Origin: Tubulanus polymorphus
Lineage: Eukaryota > Animalia > Nemertea
NCBI RefSeq assembly: GCF_964204645.1
Contig: NC_134034.1
Location: 1,178,001-1,242,000 of the forward strand
Length of the DNA stretch: 64,000 bases
Reading direction: 5' to 3'
The first letter of the stretch is position 1. Each line of letters opens with the position of its first letter. The translations under genes were made by a program, and so were the position numbers. The notes beneath the pieces were generated by a model. It saw only the letters and a program-made list of their open reading frames with translations, was not told the origin of the DNA and did not search any database. This document shows positions 10,741 through 24,192 of the stretch, in pieces.

Positions 10741-13700
10741 AGAACTTGTTCCATGGAATGTCGCGCCGTAGCGAACTGATTCGGCTGAACCTCGATTGCC
10801 AGATAGCAGACATTCGTCCGGTCACCGAGACTGTCCAATATCGATATATGGACAAACACTAGAAAACGAAACAGAACTTAATTCCAATCATAGCGCCGTA
10901 TTTTTTATAACTTTCATCTGCTGCTGGTCAATTTAGTCCATCTTTAGATGTTTCTCAATTTCAAACTAAGACACATCGAGTTATACCTCACCTACAGTAC
11001 TAATAATTACCTTTATGATGATTGCGCTCGTAACCGGCCGGAAGTTTAAACAGAATCTCGCGATTCAAACCGCGATACACGATTTCAGCGCGAGTTCCCT
11101 CCTCGAAACTGTATCCAACTTCATACGTGATCGGTAAATCCTACAAACACACGACAAAACGAACGTTCAAATCAGTAAATACAAACACACTGACAACAAC
11201 CAGTTCAACGGTTGTAAGTTAAGATATGACTCGGAGAGAGTTAACTCATCGAAAATGTACAGTAATTCTAACTCTAACTCACAACTATCGGACTGGATCT
11301 AGGGGCTGCAGTTAGTCAAAAGTTGGTTAGAGTTAACCAGTGGATAGTTGACATAGTGACAATCAAGAGTTCATTGTTACTACGGTATTTACCCACCGGT
11401 TATCTTTAACCAACTTTTCAGCAACTGCAGCCCTAGGGTGTTTATTGTCTCAACGTGGAAAAGTACCGGTATGTGTAAACAATGATGTCATAGGGGGATT
11501 TCTGCGGGTAGACATCTTTTCTAGGAGTGTCTATAGATCAAATCATTAGTAGGTAATCAGATGATGTCATAGGGGGATTCATGGATAACGCACCTTATCT
11601 TTCCATTCTTTGCAGTAGATTTTGAACATTGTATCCATTTCGATGCCTTTCTGAGGACGGATCGAGCAGTCTCCGCGTGTAGGACTCTCATTCACTCTGA
11701 ACACAGTCAACGCTTCACCAGTTCGTAACACGTTACCTTAAAACATACACAACTATCATGTCATAGGGGGAACAACTGAGAGGGTTTATGGATCAAATTA
11801 CTAGTAGACAATTTGATGATGTCATAGGGGGATTTATGGAGGTAGACATCTTTTCTTGAAGAGTCTATAAGCGGATTTCTGGAAGTAGACAAATTCTTAA
11901 TGATGTCATAGGGGGATTTATGGAGGCAGGCATCTTTTCTAGAAGTGTCTATAGATCCAATCACTAGTAGACAGTTTGATGATGTCATAGGGGGATTTAT
12001 GGAGGCAGACATATTTTCTAGAAGTGTATATAGATCAAATCACTAGTACAGTTTGATGATGTCATAGGGGGATTTATGGAGGCAGACATATTTTCTTGAA
12101 GTGTCTATAAGCGGATTTATGGAATTAGACAAATTCTTGATGATGTCATAGGGGGATTTCACTGGAGGCAGACATGTTTTACTAGATACCTTCATGTCTG
12201 ACGAGAACCTGCGCGAAGTAGGTGCGCGATTGTTGCAGGACGCCGGGTTTAACAACGAGCCAGCGTTGATTCATCCCGGTCGTCGTGTCGCGAGCCGGGT
12301 CTAAATAAATCCGATAACGAGGCTTCGTAACGATGTGCGAGTCGATCTTCGGCGGTAACAACGAGCCGTCAATCACGTTGTCGCCCCCGCCTCCATCGGT
12401 ACCGCCCCCTGTTGTCGTACCGCCTCCTCCACTGCCTCCTACAAATAAATTAAAAACTTTTTAAAATTAAATTCTCAAATTTGTTTACCCCTAAAATAAA
12501 TAAATCTGTACATTTTTAGTTTTTCTAGATTTCAAGATTTTAAAGAATATATTCTCATATTTTCAATTTCACGACGAATTTTCAAAAAATTTTTTTCGAT
12601 TCTCACCTGCTCCGCCCTGTCCGCTTCCGTTACCACGTCCGTTACCTCGACCTTCAGTCGGGCCTTGACCTTCGTCGCCGGACGTACCCCCGCGACGCGA
12701 CGACGAACTAGCGCCCTCTTGCGGAGTACCCGCGAATCGATTATTCGACGACGATTGCGAACCGGCGGCTTCGACGAGTTCGCGTTTCCGACGACGACGA
12801 CCTCGACGGCCGCGCGAAGCGGACGATCCTTCCGACATTTTGAAACTGTCGTCTGCTCCCGAAGCGCCAGCAGACGGATTCTGAGTCGTCTCTGCAACGA
12901 AATCGAGTTCGAAAACTTTTAACTTTCAAGCCAGTGAATTAACTCAAGAAAAAAAAGCAGATTTAGTAATTTCTAAAATTTTGTCTTCAAATTTGAATTT
13001 TACCTGTTGTTGTTGTTGTGCTAACAGTCGTTGTTGTTGTCGCCGTCGTCGTTGTGGTGTTCATCAATTTTTCATGCGCTGCTTTCAGAAATTTGATATA
13101 AGACGAACCGTTCGCTTCGATACAGGAATACTGATTATGAGCTCCTGAAAAACACGACCACGAGAAAATTCTAGTAATCTGATTAGATTTGTTCTATAGA
13201 AAAGATGTCTGCCTTCATAAATCCCCCTATGACATCATCAAACTGTCTACTAGTGATTAGATCTATAGACACTTCTTGAAAAGATGTCTGCCTCTATAAA
13301 TCCTCCTATGACATCATCAAACTGTTTACTAGTGATTAGATCAATAGACACTTCTTGAAAAGATGGCTGCCTCCATAAATCCCCCTATGACATCATCAAA
13401 TTGTCTACTAGTGATTTGATCTATAGACACTTCTAGAAACGATGTCTACCTCAATGAATCCCCCTATGACATCACCACACTTACCAGCAGCCGTTATGAA
13501 ATCATTGCGTTCAGCGACTATGAATAATTGCCATTCGTACGTAACGAAATGATAGCCGTCGTCGTGGTGATCGCAATCCTGACACGTCGACTCTAAAACG
13601 AGGCGCCGATTCGAATTCACGAATCCCGATTCACATCCCGGACAATTCACGATTACGCTACGTCAAATAGAGAAACAAAAATCTTTAATTTAAAGTCTTT

Positions 13701-16700
13701 AGAAGGTATATTTCAGAATACGCAGGATCTGATCCTGGGACCGGTTTCTAGACTTAGACTTAAGACCAGTCTAAGACCATCTTAATTCGATGGCCAATCT
13801 AACAACTTAAGACCAGTCTCAACTATAGAACTGGGGCCGGTTCCATAGACAGGACTTAGACTTAAGACCAGTCTAAGACAAACTAAGTTCTATAGCCAAT
13901 CTAACAACTTAAGACCAGTCTTAAGGTTTAAGACCACTTTTGGTCTTAAGTCTTGACTATGGAACCGGCCCCTGGTCCCTGGGCTCATTTGCAGTCATAA
14001 ACACAGATGCTGGATGATTTAAAGATAATTAACATTTGAAACTGCGAAAACAAAATCCAGTTCCACAGTTCTGAGGAAAGATTTGACTTGGAGTTAACTC
14101 AATGAAAATGAACTACTAATTTTATTAAACTGCGCTCCAACCAAAGCTGCAGTATCAACATTTTGGTAAAGAGACCAAGTTAACTCATTGAAAATGAATT
14201 GATTTTAACTCACAATTGTGGAACTGAGCCCAGATATTTCAGGGGATAAATAAACACTTACTCGAGGGTGTTAGGCAGACGTGAGATAACGAGAACCTGC
14301 GACGTGAAACCGAAACCTCGTCCCGGTCGGCTGATATTCACCGACAACACGACCTCGTCCTTCGCGAAGAATTTACCGGCAATACGCAGCAGGTCGTCGG
14401 GGGAACCGTCGTGCTGGAAATTCATCGTCGATAGCGGCTCGATGAAACACGACTCGTTCACGGTCGCCAGCTCCGCACATCGCCACTGGTAACTACACAA
14501 CAGAGCAGACGGACGGATCATTAAAACAAAATTTATTTAAAAAAAGTTTAAATCCAGTTGATGATTCCTTCTCTGGTAGTAGAGGATCCACCAGGTGCGC
14601 TAGTGGTATCTAAAGGTTACCCTGGTAGTAGAGGATCCACCAGGTGCGCTAGTGGTATGCAAAGGTTACTCTGGCAGTTGAGGATTCCTCCCATGGCAAC
14701 TGAGGATCCACAGGAGTGCTAGTGATATCTTAAGTGTAGGCCTAATATAGCAATTGAAGTCTTCTCCAAAGACGTACGAGAATTTCATCGTGTTGATGGC
14801 TCCTCCTCTGGTAGTTGAGGATCCACTAGGGGTGCTACTGGTATACGAATATAACTGTGGTAATTGAAGATTCCTCCTCTGGCAAATGGGGAAAATTAGT
14901 TTTTCTAATATCAACAAATTTTACAAATCAACTTGAACTTTAACTAAATTTACTTTGGTTCCACAAAAAGTCTGATCAATTGAAGCCCATTATCAGAGGA
15001 CTCATCAATCGGACTGGGTCGCCCGGACCGGAGCATACCTGATATCGCGCGCGTCGGGGAAATCCGGATCGAACGACTCGGCCGCGTCTAGGACGACGTC
15101 GTCGTCGGCGGCGACCGTGCGTTGAACTCCGCCGCGGATGATCGCCTGTAGAGGCGTCGGCTCGATGAAGAAATACGTCTGACTTCGACTGTAAACGATC
15201 GTGTCGTTCATATCAACCTGAAATAACCGAAATATATCTCATATCTGGCATGTGAGGATCCACCAGGTGGTGCTAGTGTTGCGGTAAAATTTCAGGGTTG
15301 CCTCTTTACGAATCTCCTCAGTTTTTCCCCGATTACACAAAATTCTATCCGAGTATCGAAAGCGAACTCGACGATGCACCGATTACCTCCGTACCTGAAG
15401 TTCGGCCGAAACGTTTCCGTACATCAGCGACAACCGCGGTAAAAACAAAATCCTCTGACGAAATATCGACGGCGATAAAAGCGGGAATTCGATCCGGTCG
15501 CCGGTTGTTCCGTTTTTTAGTGTCCACTGGTAATGCGTGATCGGTGTTATACTACAGTTTGGCGAGATCGATGCCTCCAGTTTTATAGCAGACGATCGAA
15601 ATATCTGAAATACACAACATTACCGTTCATTGACGTCTGCCTCCGTGAATCTACCTTATCCACCTATGACATCATTAAAATGACAAAAAAGATGGCTGCC
15701 TCTGTAAATCCCCCTATGACATCATCTAATTTTCTACTAGGGATCAGATCTATAGACACTTACGTTTTTGGATCCCCCTATGACATCATCAAATCTTGTA
15801 TCTACTAGTGATTTGATCTATAGACACTTCTAGAAAAGATGTCTGTTTCCATAAATCACCCTATGACATCATCAAATTGTCTACTAGTGATTAAATTTAT
15901 AGATACTTATATATAAGATGTCTACCTCCATAAATCCCATTATGACATCATCAAATTGATCCAGGTGGGATGACTGCCTCCTAAGAATCTCCCTATGACA
16001 TCATCGAAATTCCCAAATAGATGGCCGACTTCACGAAGTCCCCTATGACATCATCAAATTTATATACAAACCCTGCTTGAAAATATGTCAACCCTTAATA
16101 AATCCCCCTATGACATCATCAAATCATCTAGTGTTTTGATCTATAGACACTGCCTGAAAAGATGGCAGCCTCTATAAATCCCCCTATGACATCATCATTT
16201 TGTCTACTACGAACAATTTTGGTGAATAGATGATATAATTGAGAGGGGGTGATAGTGGGAACAGGGGTTTTACATACCTTCATGCCTCTATCACCTAGTA
16301 TCCTAACGTCCGGAGGTTTACACGGTCTGTTCAGTATAAACACAACACTCGACACCGACATGTTACTGACCAGATTCACTGCCGTTAGAATTATCAAATA
16401 TTCACCGACCCTATTACAAATATAACAAACAATTTCAGCTTTCGAGAGAATATTCTCTGACCCCGATACAAATATAACAAACAATCCATCCATTCCATTC
16501 ATCAGTTCATAATCCTCGTTGCTTACTGCCGTTACAAAAACAGAAATAACTGACACATCTTAAAGAGCTTACACTTCCCGTAAATCGAACAGAGTTGTTG
16601 AGATCGGGATAACAAGAGATACTGATATGTCTTCACCTCGTGACGTATTGTAGGTTTCAAACGCAATAAGTAATTTACAGGACAAACCGTCCAAGTTCAT

Positions 16701-19700
16701 AAACCCCCTTATCATACTATAACGTTATCTATGGCCAACACTGAATGGCTAACAAAACTATGAAATTAATACGCCTGGGATTCCCCCTATGACATCATTA
16801 ATTACCTGGTATACGTATGATTGATGTGATCTTCTGTAGTAACGATCTGCGGACTACCGTCTCCTAAATCCCACGTGTAAGTGACATCGCTCCCCGAGTA
16901 GATATACGACTTCAACGAAACCATCGAATTCACTAAAACGCTGCCATCCATTTCAATCTATACAAACAACCGAAAATTCATTAATTTCAGTTTTAACTTC
17001 GTTTGGTGTCATTGATTAATGGGGTCCCAGTTGGTGCATGGCGCACTTTTACCAAGTTAAGATCCACTGGGTGTCGCTAGTGTGCAGTAGGACATCAACT
17101 ACTGCGGCAATAGAGGATTCCACTTGAGGTAAGTGTAGATCCACTAGGTGTCACTAGTGTGCAGAAGGACATCAACTACTGCAGCAATAGAGGATTCCAC
17201 TTGAGGCAAGTGAAGATCCACCAGGTGTCGCTAGTGTACAGTAGGACATCACCTATTGCGGCAATAGAGGATTCCACTTGAGGCAGGTGAGGATCCACCA
17301 GGTGTCACTAGTGTGCAGTAGGACATCAATTACTGTACTGTGGCAATAGAGGATTAGTCGTTTAAAACTCTTACCTTCAATACATCTATAGGTTCAATGA
17401 CCTTGACCTCGATAGGAGCAGACGTCGCGTTGCTGATGTAGTTAAACGCGGTGACCTTGACGATTTTAACGCCTTTCCGTTTATAACTGTACGCCGTCTG
17501 ATTGGACAGACTCTGTTGACTGTTGCCGACGCCGAAATCGAATTCGTAATAGACGACATTTTTCGGATCGTCGGGTGCGGGCGTCGCGATGAACGTCACT
17601 TGTTCCTTCGTACGCGCGATCATCTTCATCGCTTTCAAATAACAACCTACAATCAAATCAGTTGAGATCAATCTCCATACACGTATCTATAGGGTGTTAG
17701 AAAGTGATGAATAGCCCTTTTACGAAATTGAGACTTGACATAAGACCAGGCTGAGCTCATTATTTTTGGTCTATTTCCACAGATGAGACATAAGATAAGA
17801 CCGGGCAAAACTCATTGGAATCCAGTTCCTCAGTTGAGACTCAAGACCAGGCTGAGCTCATTTTGGTCTATTTCCACAGATGAGACTTTAAGATTTTTGT
17901 TCTGTTTGTAAATATTCTTATAACATCTTATGAAATAAATTGAAATTGAAGATAAGACCGGGCTCATTTTAAAAGCAGGCCTCTTACCTTGTAACGGTTT
18001 CTGGATGAAGACTTTAATCAGTTTGTAAATGGTGTCGACTTTGTTGTAAGCAGTAACTTGTACAACATACATGCCGGGGTTGATGTACTGATGAGTGACT
18101 GATTTAGCTGAATAAACAAATATTATTCAAATTATGGAGTCACTTTTTTTCATTCCACCCCATTCAAAAATTCTGATATGTGCTACTAATGTCTATTTCA
18201 ACCTGACTTGAGAGCATTCCTGATGGCCTAGCTCGCTCATTTTTGGTAGTACATACCTGATAAGGGTCTTAATAGGACCAGAAAGGACAGGCAGTCCACC
18301 TTAAACATCGTTTTTTAATCCATGTGAAACTGTATTGAAGGATATCCAATAAGTCTTCACTGAAAGGGGTTAAATGAAGAGAAGTGACTCCATGATTTGA
18401 AAGTTTAACAATATGTTTCCATGCCTACGTACCAAACTTCAGTTGGTAGGCATGGAGACATATTGTTAAACTTTCAAATCACGGAGTCTCTTTCTCTCAG
18501 GAACCCCTCTCAATGCAGACTTTTTGGATATCCTTCAATACAGTTTAAATTGGATTAAAAAACGATGTTTAAGTTCGACTGCCTGTCCTTTCTGGTCCTA
18601 CTAAGACCTTTATCAGGTATGTACTACCAAAAATGAGTGAGCTAGGCCACCCGGAATGCTCTCAAGTCAGGTTGAAATAGACATTAAAGGTATGTAATAC
18701 TAAAACTGCCCGAGTCACTTCTAATAAGAAAAGCTGAAAATAAAATTTAATCGTAAAAAGAAAAACTTACACGCATTCGTTAGTTCATTCTCATCTCCTA
18801 GCAACCAGTCGATCTGCACGTCGGTGCCGGCCTCGAGTTCGACTCGTAAACGCGTGACCTCGCCGACGGCGTTCGCGTATCTCGAATTCACGAATCGTAA
18901 CCCGCTCGGCGCAACCTGCACGTAAAACGATGACCTCATCGTCGCTCGTGCACTTCCGAGGATATTCGACGCTTTTACCGACACCGTGTATACCCCCACT
19001 GAAAAACAGATTACCAAAAATAATGTTGAATTCATTGAAGATTTGTGTTTCTTAGGAAATGAGATGTGGACCAGGGGCCAGTTGCATAGTCATGGCTTAG
19101 ACTTAAGACCAATTCAAGAACACGTTAGTTCTACAACCAATCTAACAACTTAAGACAACTAACAACTTAAAATTTAAGACCAATTTGGACTTAAGTCTCA
19201 ACTGAGGAATCGGCCCCTGGATCCAGAGTTCCGGACCCCAGTTCCACAATTCTGGACCCAGTTCCACGATTCTGGACCCAGATCGGCAGTTCAGGACCTG
19301 GTTCGACGATTCGAGACAGCGGAACTGGATCCTGATCTAGTTGTGAGTAAGAGTTAACCTTGGAAATGGATCCAGTCTCATTGGATCGGGTTGCCACAAC
19401 CCTGGAACCTGATGTAGTTGTAAGGGTTAACTCTATAGAGTTATACCGTGGAACTGGATCCAGTCTCATTGGATCGGGCCTGGAACCCCGGGGACGCAGA
19501 ATAAGCTGTTTTACCTCTGTTATAAACGTGTTTGATGTTCGCGTAGTAAGAACCTCTCATCTCATGATAAATTGCCGATTTGTTTTTGGTCGTTCCGTCC
19601 CCGAAATTAAACTCAAACGTCATTCCTGAACCTGACGCAGCTCTGCAAATAAAATCAGTTCTTATTTGATGATGTCATAGGGGGATTTCTGGAGGCCGAT

Positions 19701-22700
19701 ATCAAATCTACAAGTGTCTACAGATCAAATTACAAGTTGAAATTTGAAAAGTGTCATAGGGGGATTTATGGAGGAAGACATCTTTCCTAGGATTGTCTAC
19801 TGGGTCGGATCACTAGTAGGTAATTCAATGATGTCATAGGGAGATTAGTAAAGGCAGATATTTTTCCTAGAAGTGCCAATAGATCAAATTACTAATAGAC
19901 AGTTTCATGATGTCATAGGGGCAAATACTTACACAGCAGTGAATGTAATCTCGTGCGTGTATCCGGATACAGAAAGCGCCGCCGCGGTCCGAGGATTCAG
20001 ACGGTGCAGTCCGACAGCGACGTTCAATACCGGCTCGGCGACGACGAACACGTCCGGTAACCAGGCTACGACTGGCTGTTTATAGGCGGCGTTAGTGATA
20101 CTGACGCTGACGTTAAACGTACCGGGATCGAGAAACATGAACGACGCCGTACTCGTACGTCCCGAACTGTCGTAACAATAGATACAGTTAATCAGTGTCG
20201 ATTATTGATGGAGAAAATTTGAAAATTCGAAACGGCCTAGTTCAAAATACAGGGGCTACAGTTGATTAACCCTTTCAGTGCTGACTAATTAATACCCTAT
20301 ATTGCTGGAGATAATTTGAAAATTATGAAAAATTCCACCCTAATGTGTTGAATAACGGGAATACCACTATAGTGCGTCTACACCGCGGTGCGGTGTATCG
20401 TTAGTTACTAGTATTTCACTGTTTGACAGGTGCTGCCATCTTTCAAGAGATAATTACTAATTACATCAATACACCGCAGCGTGGTGTACTAGCAAAATCC
20501 TTCACCGATTTATACACCGCATTGCGGTGTAGACGCGCTGAAAGGGTTAAAAATTCGTTAAAGTTAACCAGTGGATAGTTGACAACATGATTCAAACTTA
20601 AGCAAATGTTTCATGAAACCAGGACCCCAGCAATAATCAAAGTTATGGCTTCAAATCGACTCTAATTGACTCATAATACAAAATAAGTTTAAAATACTGA
20701 TACAAAATCATTCATTTTGAATTACTTTCAAATTCATCAGGAATTGTGACTACTGAACTACTAGTTCCATGGTCGTTTGCCAGTTGCTAAAAAGTTGGTT
20801 AAAAACAAGCGGTGGATAAATACCATAGTTACAATGAACTTTCAATTATGTCAACTATCGTCTGGTTAACTCTAACCAACATTCGACAACCAGCAGCCCC
20901 AGGTCCTGTATTGGGTCTTTGAATTCAATAAATCTTACGTTAGAACTTGCGGCGAGCCGACACTGCGAAAATTCCAACTAAATTTCAAATCGTTCCCCTT
21001 CTCGACGGTCACCTTAACTACGACCACTTCGCCGGTTTCAACAATCCGTTTGCTGTCGCTACTGACGACGACCCCGCTGATCCGCTGCTCGACCTTGGCG
21101 GTGGCCGTTGCTGACCGATTACTGACCTCGTTAACGACGGTCGCGCGGATCACGTAATCGCCCTCCGTCGCGTAACGATGCTCCGCAATGACCTTGAACT
21201 TTGGTGGCATGTGGTAAATGGACGTTCCGCGAATCGTTTGCAACAATCCGTCTGCTGCTCCTGCGTCTGCTGCTACGTCTGCTGCTCCTGCGTCTGCTGT
21301 TCCTGCGTCTGCTGCTCCTGCGTCTGCTGCTCCTGCTCCTGCGTCTGCTCTCCGCGTCGTTTGAATCGTACGATTTTTTCCGTCACCGAAATCTATTATG
21401 ATTTCGAAACTGTCGCCACCCTCGATGTCAATTTCAATTCGAGACGCCTCCCCCTGAATTACCAGAGCAACCGTAATATTGACGCTTATTATCGGGTGTT
21501 GCACGGTAACCCGTTTACTGGTGGTAATATTACCGAACACGTTTATTGCAGTGACCTTGACATCGAATTCGCCCGAATGCGAGAAATTGTAGAAAATCTG
21601 CGGAAAAAATATCAGAAAAATTCTTTTTTACAAGTGGTGAACATGACCCAGTTCTACAGCCGAGACTCAAGATAAGACCAGGTTAAGCCAATTTAGGTAA
21701 GTTCTATGTTTTTGAGTCTTGAGGCACAGTGCAGGCTTAACTCATTCTGGTCCAGTTCCACAGTTGAGACTATAAGATTAGGCTAAGCTTAAAAGTTCAG
21801 ACTTGAGATTAGACTGGGCTAAACTCATTTTAGTCCAGTTCCACAGTTGAAACCTAAGATTAGGTCGGACTAAACTCATTTTGGTCCAGTTCCACAGTTG
21901 AGACTTAAAGATTAGGCTAAGCTTAAAAGTTCAGACTTGAGATTATACCAAGCTAAACCCAGGCTAAATTTTGGTCCATCTCCGCTGTCAAGCCTGAGCT
22001 AAGTATCTTGATTACTTTCAAGAATGAAAATAGTTCCGAAAAACTTACGTAGTTTTCAGCTGTAAAGATCGTACTAGAATCGACCTGCCACCTATAAACA
22101 ATATCGGTACCAGAACCGACAGAACACAGCCATTTCTGATTGGTCAGAACCCTGAAATGCAAAAAAACATTTTTAGCATCAAAAACTAGCAGGGAAATCA
22201 GATATAAAATCGAGATTTTACTGCGTACCTTTGTAAGGCAACGACAGACGGGCCGTTGATGTTTAGAGAAGAGATCGGGGCCTGCACGACGAGAACGGAC
22301 GATAATTGCTGTTCGACACCGCCGCTAGGTGTCACTGCCATCTGTATTTCGTACAGACTCGACCACGTGTACGTGTATGTCCAACTGAAATATCGACAAC
22401 CCGCGAAACAAGAAATATCAGAAACAAGAATTTTCAAGAGGGCACTAAAACCACCCGGAACCACCCGCTATAGAAAGGGATAGACTTATATATCCTGATT
22501 CTCGAAGCCACCCACTAGAATAGAGATGGCTCTAAATGCTACCCATTTTATCATTTCGGAGCCATCCACAAAAGTGAGGAATGGCTTAAAATGTTATATT
22601 TGGATATTCCCGGAGCAACCCGGATTCGATCAATATTTCCGTCTGCCAGTTTTACCTGAACGTAGATCGGCCGTCCGTCGACAACACGGCTTTTTTCTCG

Positions 22701-24109
22701 TTGCCGTAGGAAATTTTCACCGAGCATCGAATCAGCGGTAACCCGACGAGCGTGAAGTTGGTGTTTGTTCCGTACATATAGGTGACGTTGTGGAGCAGAC
22801 GTAATGAATCGGTCGTCGTGGAAACAACGTCAATTTGACCTTGAACTGAACGAGAACTCACTGAAAATGAAAAATAAATATTTTAAGAGATTTTGGTTGA
22901 ATTACACAATTTGAGACTTAAGATAAGACCGGGCTAAACTAATTTCGGTCCAGTTTCACATTTCAGACCTAAAATAAGTCCAGGCTAAGCTAATTTGGGT
23001 CCAATTTTAAAGTTCAAACTTATGACCAGATTAGAATTTATGGAACTAATATCAAAATTTATGAAACCGGTCATTTTTAAATCTATGAACTGCCCGCCCC
23101 CTTCATAACAAATCTGAAATGCTCACCTTGATTTTCGACTATTAGTTCGTAATCGATTTTTCCGGGCAGTTGGAATATGCGTTTTAGGATCGGCTGCGTC
23201 GACATTACGGTTACATTTTCGATCGTCCATCGGTACAAAACATCCGTCCTTTTGATGAGAGATCCTAAAAATTTCATGAAAAATTTGACATCGATAAGTA
23301 CGCGGGTCTGTCAACCTATGTAAACTGCTATCAGCAACAAATTGAATTTTTCTCAAAAACATTTCATCGAAATATGAAAGAAAATGTTCAAATTAATCAG
23401 TTATCGACCGTAAGACCCTCAGTAACATCTTTCATATTTCTGTTCAAATTAATCAGTAATCGACAGTAAGACCCTCAGTAACATCTTTCATATTTCTGTT
23501 CAAATTAATCAGTAATCGACAGTAAGACCCTCAGTAACATCTTTCATATTTCTGTTCAAATTAATCAGTAATCAACAGTAAGACCCTCAGTAACATCTTT
23601 CATATTTCTGTTTTAAATTAATCAGTAATCAACAGTAAGACCCTCAGTAACATCTTTCATATTTCTGTTCAAATTAATCAGTAATCAACAGTAAGATCCT
23701 CAGTAACATCTTTCATATTTCTGTTCAAATTAATCAGTAATCAACAGTAAGATCCTCAGTAACATCTTTCATATTTCTGTTCAAATTAATCAGTAATCAA
23801 CAGTAAGACCTTCAGTAACATCTTTCATATTTCTGTTCAAATTTATCAGTAATCAACAGAAAGACCTTAATAGTAACAAAGTTCATATTTCTGTACGCAT
23901 CAAACCAATAAAATCAGTATTTCTCATCATCGAATAAGGTAGTCTCAAATACTGTATATCTGAAACAGTTGATAGTTCTGCATATGCAAAGTTCTGCATA
24001 TGCAAAGCTTTCTAAGAAAGAAATAAACTAAAGAAAGCCAACGACTCCTTTCAACATCAACGACAGCTAATGTGTGAGGGTATAAAATTTGGCCGGATCG
24101 AAATCATTT

Positions 24110-24192
<83 letters not shown>

